Shown here: positions 38,318 through 43,811 of the stretch, piece after piece
Layout: each line of letters begins with the position of its first letter
How positions within the stretch are numbered: position 1 is the stretch's first letter
Source: Geosiphon pyriformis uo1
Lineage: Eukaryota > Fungi > Glomeromycota
Assembly (NCBI GenBank): GCA_016748015.1
Contig: JAAOMT010000517.1
Coordinates: forward strand, 1-43,811
Length of the DNA: 43,811 nucleotides
Direction: 5' to 3'
Notes under the pieces: model-generated
Databases searched by the model: none
What the model was told of the DNA's origin: nothing
The model's input: only the letters and a program-made list of their open reading frames with translations
Position numbers and translations under genes: made by a program

Positions 38318-39448
38318 TACATGTGATTGGTTTCAATTTTTGTCATTTAGGTTTTTAATTTTCTAGCATTTTGGGCGTTCTCGATACGATCCACTTTTCG
38401 AGAAAATTGCTTTTTGGTTATTTCATTTTTTTTATTCGGGAAAAGTTTGATCAATAATTTACCTCATGAAACTAAAAACACTTGTAATCGGTTCATATGA
38501 CGACACTTACGATATCAAGTATAGTTTAATTTGCTACTCATTTCTAATCTTTTAGTTTTCACCTGTCACGGTTAAATTTTAATCCTTTTAGAAAACCTCT
38601 ATCCCTTAAGTTTTCTTAAATGGAAATTTTTCAGCTGAATCAAAACTCAAAAATTTGCTTTTGATAAATTTTGTACGGAGGAAGAAAATTGGTTTGCCCA
38701 AAGATGAATTTCAATTGAATTATAAAAAAATAAGAATATTTTGGATTGAATTTTAAAAATGCCAATATTTGTAAAAAAAATTTGAAATTATTTTTTCAAA
38801 GTAAAATAGGCTGCTTATAAAAAGAAAAAGTAAAAATCTTTACCTATCACAAATCTTGGTATTTGAACTGTTATCGCAATCGATATATTTTCCTCGGTAA
38901 TAAACTTTCATGCTATTGTTTGCTTTCACCCCTAAATTATTTATTTTGATAGTATCAATCTATTTTGAAGATTTAACCTTTTTTTCTAGTTTTAAAAATG
39001 TTGTGTTTCGGGGAGTTAGTTAATTTATTTGAAAAGAATACTTTACAAATATAAAATAAGTTGTTAAAATTTTTTGAGCCTTATCATGACTGATGATCAT
39101 GCATTTCAAGGCTTGCACTTTTTGACAGAGAAAAAGGATGACAAACTAAAAATATTAATCTTTTAAAGCGTGATTCAAATGATAAAGTGATAAAATAATA
39201 AATAAACTTTTTATAATAAATACAAATATTTACATTTCAAAGCAAATTGTAAGAAATGTAATTTTTTCTGTAACAAACTTTCTATAAATACTTTTGTGAA
39301 TCTCAAAGAATCAATACCTCAGATGTAAAAAGATGTTCCGAATTTGAGTCGATGATTTAAACCAAAGGATTTCGAAATATCCAATTCGACAACTTAGAAG
39401 GCAAGTAATTGTAACTTAATTGAAAAACTTTTTATTCAATAGTTAGAT

Positions 39449-41133
39449 ATGATTTCTAGATTCTTTTTTTCCTTTAACTTAGATACAAATTTGGATAGAC
39501 TTTTACGATACTTTTTAAGAGGAGCAGCAACAATTGTGGTTACTATAAGTTCATTACTTTTGACCGCATTCATCTTGTCCAAATCAAATTCTGATACTTC
39601 TAGAATATACACCTATAATGGTACTCAATTAAAATCTATGATTGAGAAAATTCCTTTGAAGATTGGAATATCGGAAAAGTTGTTTCATAAAACGACAAAC
39701 GTAAATAATAAGCTCTCGAATCTTGAGTGTGATGGTGCAAATATTTTGAATTCTTCAAGAATATCATCCTTTTTCCAACAAAAATTTTCGAATTATAAAA
39801 AATTAGTAAGAAGAAATGAAATCTCAAACCCATCAAATATTGAAGAACAATCGAATTCAATCAAAGAAGAATCCCCTACTTTAATATCGAGTAGAAAAGA
39901 TCCCAATTATAAGTGGGATACATATCCAATCAAAAGAAGGATTAGTCATAAAGAGAGTTTAAAACTCATGAAAAGAATGACAATAGCAGCAAACTTTGGT
40001 TATTGTTCAAAAGAAAATACAATTGGTGAAATTTTATTTAATTCTGATATAATTGGTAACTTTCCAATTCATTTAAAAAATTCGATGCCTTCAAATAAAT
40101 AAATAAATTTTATTTATCGCTACAAATTTCTAAAAACCTAGCTGATGCCTATTTGGATAAAGTTGAACATGATTTGGTCGTGTTCTTTAAAGGACCGACA
40201 CTTAACCTCGATGAATGGAAACAGAGAAAAATATCACTCTCTCAATTTAGTAACAAAGGTCCTCTACCAATATTTGGAAATGTTGATACTGTTTGGAATC
40301 GCCAAGTTAAAATCATGATGCCAGGATTAATTAAAAAAGTAAAAAGTCTATTGGAACATCTTTCGAATTTTAAAAATGGACAAAATCTTGATCAGTTTTC
40401 TCCCAAAATCATATTGACTGGACATGGAATAGGTGGAGGTGAGTATTATCAGAATCTATTTGATATTAAAGGATTCAAAATCCTTTTTTAATAAAAGATA
40501 ATGATATTTTAATTTATTTATCTACTTTAGCTTTTGCTGTCATTGCAGGCCTTTATCTAAATCAAGAAGTTAAAGGATTTGGACATAGATGGTCATTACC
40601 AATCCACGAATCACAAATCAAAGTAGTCACTTTTGGTCAACCACGGATAGGAGATTCAACATTTGCTAGTTTAGTTGAAAAAGAAATATTTGTCTACCGA
40701 GTAACATTTAGATATGATCCTATCCCACGATTATTTCTTCCTCGATCAACCTTTATTCATCACTACAATGAATTTTGGATTGCTGAACCTGACTGCAATT
40801 GTCGATCAACCCCAGAAGGTGTTCGTACCATTGATGGGAAACACGTTGTCTATGATTGTAAAGGTTCTAAAAAAAGACACCTAAAAATTGGTGAAAATTT
40901 GGTGAGTCATAGAACTTGATGTTTCAACCCAATTTTTTATATTTGATAAAATTATAATATTCTTAATTTTAATTTTAAAGCATTGCAATGCAGACCCCGA
41001 AATTGAAGTTACTAATGATATGAAAATTCATTGGGGTCCTTATTTTAAACAATACTTTGGGGACTGTTTGGCTATGAAAAGAAATAAAGCCATTATTTGG
41101 GGACCCCCTTTGAATACCCCTATTGAAAATTAA
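39449..41133 (+). CDS. Lipase_3-like pseudoenzyme L8 (Ser->Gly; His retained)
   Basis: Exons 39449-40055, 40142-40438, 40531-40901 (missing from the ORF track), 40981-41133. TM helix; GYC; FKGP; TGHGIGG; TFGQPRIGD; YDPIPRL; HHYNEFW; CNC; IHWGPYF. Confidence 0.88.
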
Positions 41134-42076
41134 AAGAAAAATCATCTACAAGCAATAAGCTTGACTTTTTGTTTAATAAATTATGATGCTTCATAACTTC
41201 ATCTGCAGAATACCAAGAAGACCTTAAATAGGAAACTAACATAAATTGAGATTATTATTAGATCAAAAAAATTTTAGCATAATAAAAAAATATTAATTGG
41301 TTTATATATATTCATTCCATTATTTTGAAAATTTTATTAGTTACAAAAAAAATTGGAAAAAAATTCAGTAATATTTATTTCAAATTTATTTCTACAATTT
41401 TTAAAACAATCACTAATATATTTTGGCTAATAAAAAAAAACTGTCTCATTATTTTGTTAAATTTTTATTTTAAAAATTGCAAAAAACCCTTCAAAATCAA
41501 ATTAATTCTTAATAATTTATGAATTTATCTTTTGTTATTTATTAGTAATATTTTTAAATAATTTACAGTATTTTTTTGATTAATTTATATTTATGTTAAG
41601 AAATTTAAGCATTTTATTTTTAAAAAATTGACTATTAAAAGTAATAAAATGTTAATGATTTTGTAAAAATTTTATGAATTTTTTTCAAATTAAATAAATA
41701 AATAAAAATCTGGAGAATAAAATAGTTTAATTAAAATTACTTGAGTTTTCAATATTAAATAATTACTTTTTTGAGAAAGTTTAATTAATTGAGACTAAAA
41801 TATCAAAAATTAAAAATTAAAAATTTTGGTGCCCTATCACAATGAATTCAAATAAAAAAATGGGTCAAAATATTTCTTTAAATGATTCATATATTATCGA
41901 CAAAGGAAATTTGAATTATCGCAAAATTAAATTTTTAAGATCCAAATAAACTTTCTTTGTAAATTAAGCATCTCTTTATCCATATTACAGCCATTTGTTT
42001 TTCTATTTTATGTAAAGTTTGAAGTCTATTATATATTAATGAGCGTTAATCTCTGTGAAAAAAAAAGTTTCATAGG

Positions 42077-43206
42077 TTAAAGACTATGAAAATTAAACCA
42101 TTTGTCAATTAAAACGTCAAATGGTTCAGGAGATGAGCAAAGTTCAAGCCGATAACTAAAATACGGTCCAATTCGTTGATAAGAAAATTTGGTATTCAAT
42201 CGTATATTGGAAGCTTTATTAGAATCCTAGAATTTTTTTGATAAAACAAAATCATGTATCAATTTTCACTTGTTTTCTTAAAAATATGTATTATTAAAAT
42301 TTTTTTACAAAAATGGTATCTGTTGAGCTTTTGAAATTTAATCCTGCGAATACAGCTAATGCTTAAGGAAAAAGTAAGAAATATTAGATATTCCCCCGTA
42401 ATATTGTTCAACTGAATTTTTTTGACTTTCTCCAAAAAGGTTTTATGTCATCTTAGGTACTCTGAATACAGGTATGAATCAACTTTTTCATGAATATCGC
42501 CATTTTCATTAATATAAGAAACCTTTGATTTCTTTGTAACCTGTCAATTTGACCCGAGATATCATATTGCTATTATTAAATTTGGGCCGACCCTTTTAAG
42601 ACGAGCTAAAATTCGAAAGTGATAGGTTAAAATTTTAACCAAATTTTATAGGGAAAAAAAGTAAAATAATTTTACCATAAATCCCAATCGCCAACTGATC
42701 AACTTGCTTTTTTAAACACAAAGACACCAAGCTCACATAAGCAAAAAAACGAAATTGGCCAATTAATGGATCATATAATTTTAGCAATCGCTTAGAAGCT
42801 GATTAAGAAGGCTTAGGTTCAGCTACAATTATTTTAGAATTTTTGGATAAGTTGGAATTAAGAAATTCTGAATTTCCAAATTTAATATCATTTCTAGGTA
42901 TTTTTTATTCATAAAAGATTTCAGCAAGATTGAAGAATTTTTTAACCCTTCTCGTTGTAAATTGATTAGCTTTGATAATTGAGCTTTCTTCCGCTGTTTT
43001 AGAAAAGAGAATGAAATTTCGGAAAGAGAAAAAAATTGGGTGTGAAGAAATGGGTTGGAAAAACTTTTTTTTGTTTCAAAATTAAAGTCTCGATCATTAG
43101 GGAATATTAGCATTATTAGAAAATTGAAACCAATGAATAATAATAATAATAAATTTTTGTTTAGATATGATTGAAATTGTTTAAAGAAATTTTTCAGACG
43201 ATTCAT
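42077..43206 (-). pseudogene. Lipase_3-like pseudogene L9 with stops, a frameshift and internal deletions
   Basis: TM N-terminus, then stop and frameshift near 42830. SKRLLKLYDPLIGQFRFFAYVSLVSLCLKKQVDQLAIGIY|gt aligns with the end of L1 exon 1. Exon 2 (from 42605) has TGA at 42564, 42546 and 42450. Exon-3 stub ALAVFAGLNFK (from 42361). Exon 4 (from 42226) contains QRIGPYFSY. The GHxxGG and TFGxPR segments are missing. Confidence 0.85.
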
Positions 43207-43738
43207 TTTAAAATAAATTACAAAGGACAATTGATTGAGTAGCAAATGTGTTTCTATACTTGGAAGTTTAAACTCGTTGGATTTCCCAAAAGATATCTTT
43301 TAAGACAATGGATCAGCTGTAAAAATCATCATACCTTTTTTAACAAATTTTTCATGCTTACACATTTGTTTCTTTTTTTAGAGCTTTATGGACGATTTCT
43401 TGCGAATCAAATTTACTATTTCATATTGTGAGAAATTTCTCAGACATAGAAAGTTATTTTTTAAAAAAAAAAATTTTTCATTTTCAGATAAATTGGTACA
43501 TGTATTTGAAATTTCCTAAAAAAAATTCGGTATAAATTCTCCGAAATAATTGCCTTTCAGACGAAAATCTACTTTAAAGATATTCAAAAAATTTTAAATA
43601 TAAAATCGCTGGAAGATTTTAGTTTTTAGCTTTAATTAATATTTGGATTTTAACCCAAGATGTATATTTTTCTCAAAATGAAAAAGATTTAATATAATTT
43701 TTTCTTAAAACAATCGAATAGATTAAATCATTTTTGAT

Positions 43739-43742
<4 letters not shown>

Positions 43743-43811
<69 letters not shown>
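43743..43811. repeat. Poly-T run at the window end
   Basis: Uninterrupted T run to the end. Either a retroposed poly(A) tail or a sequencing artefact. Confidence 0.9.

Noticed and set aside
7577-41133. Active triacylglycerol lipases, or separate small genes for each ORF
   Set aside because: The ORFs are exons joined by conserved GT-AG introns, and the nucleophile Ser is absent in all readable copies.
42448-42564. TGA recoding (alternative genetic code or selenocysteine) in L9
   Set aside because: TGA terminates other genes here (5789-5791, 24621-24623), and L9 also has a frameshift and deletions.

Overview
Very AT-rich eukaryotic DNA with short GT-AG introns. It is most likely fungal; a Glomeromycota/Mucoromycota origin is my inference from composition, intron style and Tc1 remnants. 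The window is dominated by a mixed-orientation array of class 3 lipase (Lipase_3, alpha/beta-hydrolase) homologs. I reconstructed 7 complete 4-exon genes by hand, plus 1 gene whose 5' end lies in a 980-N gap, 1 clear pseudogene and 1 fragment. In all 8 readable copies the nucleophile elbow GH-S-x-GG lacks its catalytic serine (GHNFGG, GHFLGG, GHGIGG x3, GHGAGG, GHYLGG, GHGVGG), although the frames, splice sites and cysteines are preserved. This points to a maintained family of secreted or membrane-anchored pseudo-lipases with two subclasses (catalytic His kept or lost). Also present: two paralogous secreted Asn/Gly-rich 13-aa-repeat proteins, a probably pseudogenised secreted-protein ORF, three decayed Tc1/mariner elements (two nested), an intronless orphan ORF with a hydrophobic C-terminus, and several satellites. 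Assembly artefacts are a Nextera/Tn5 mosaic-end adapter at 1018-1036, the N gap and possibly the terminal poly-T.
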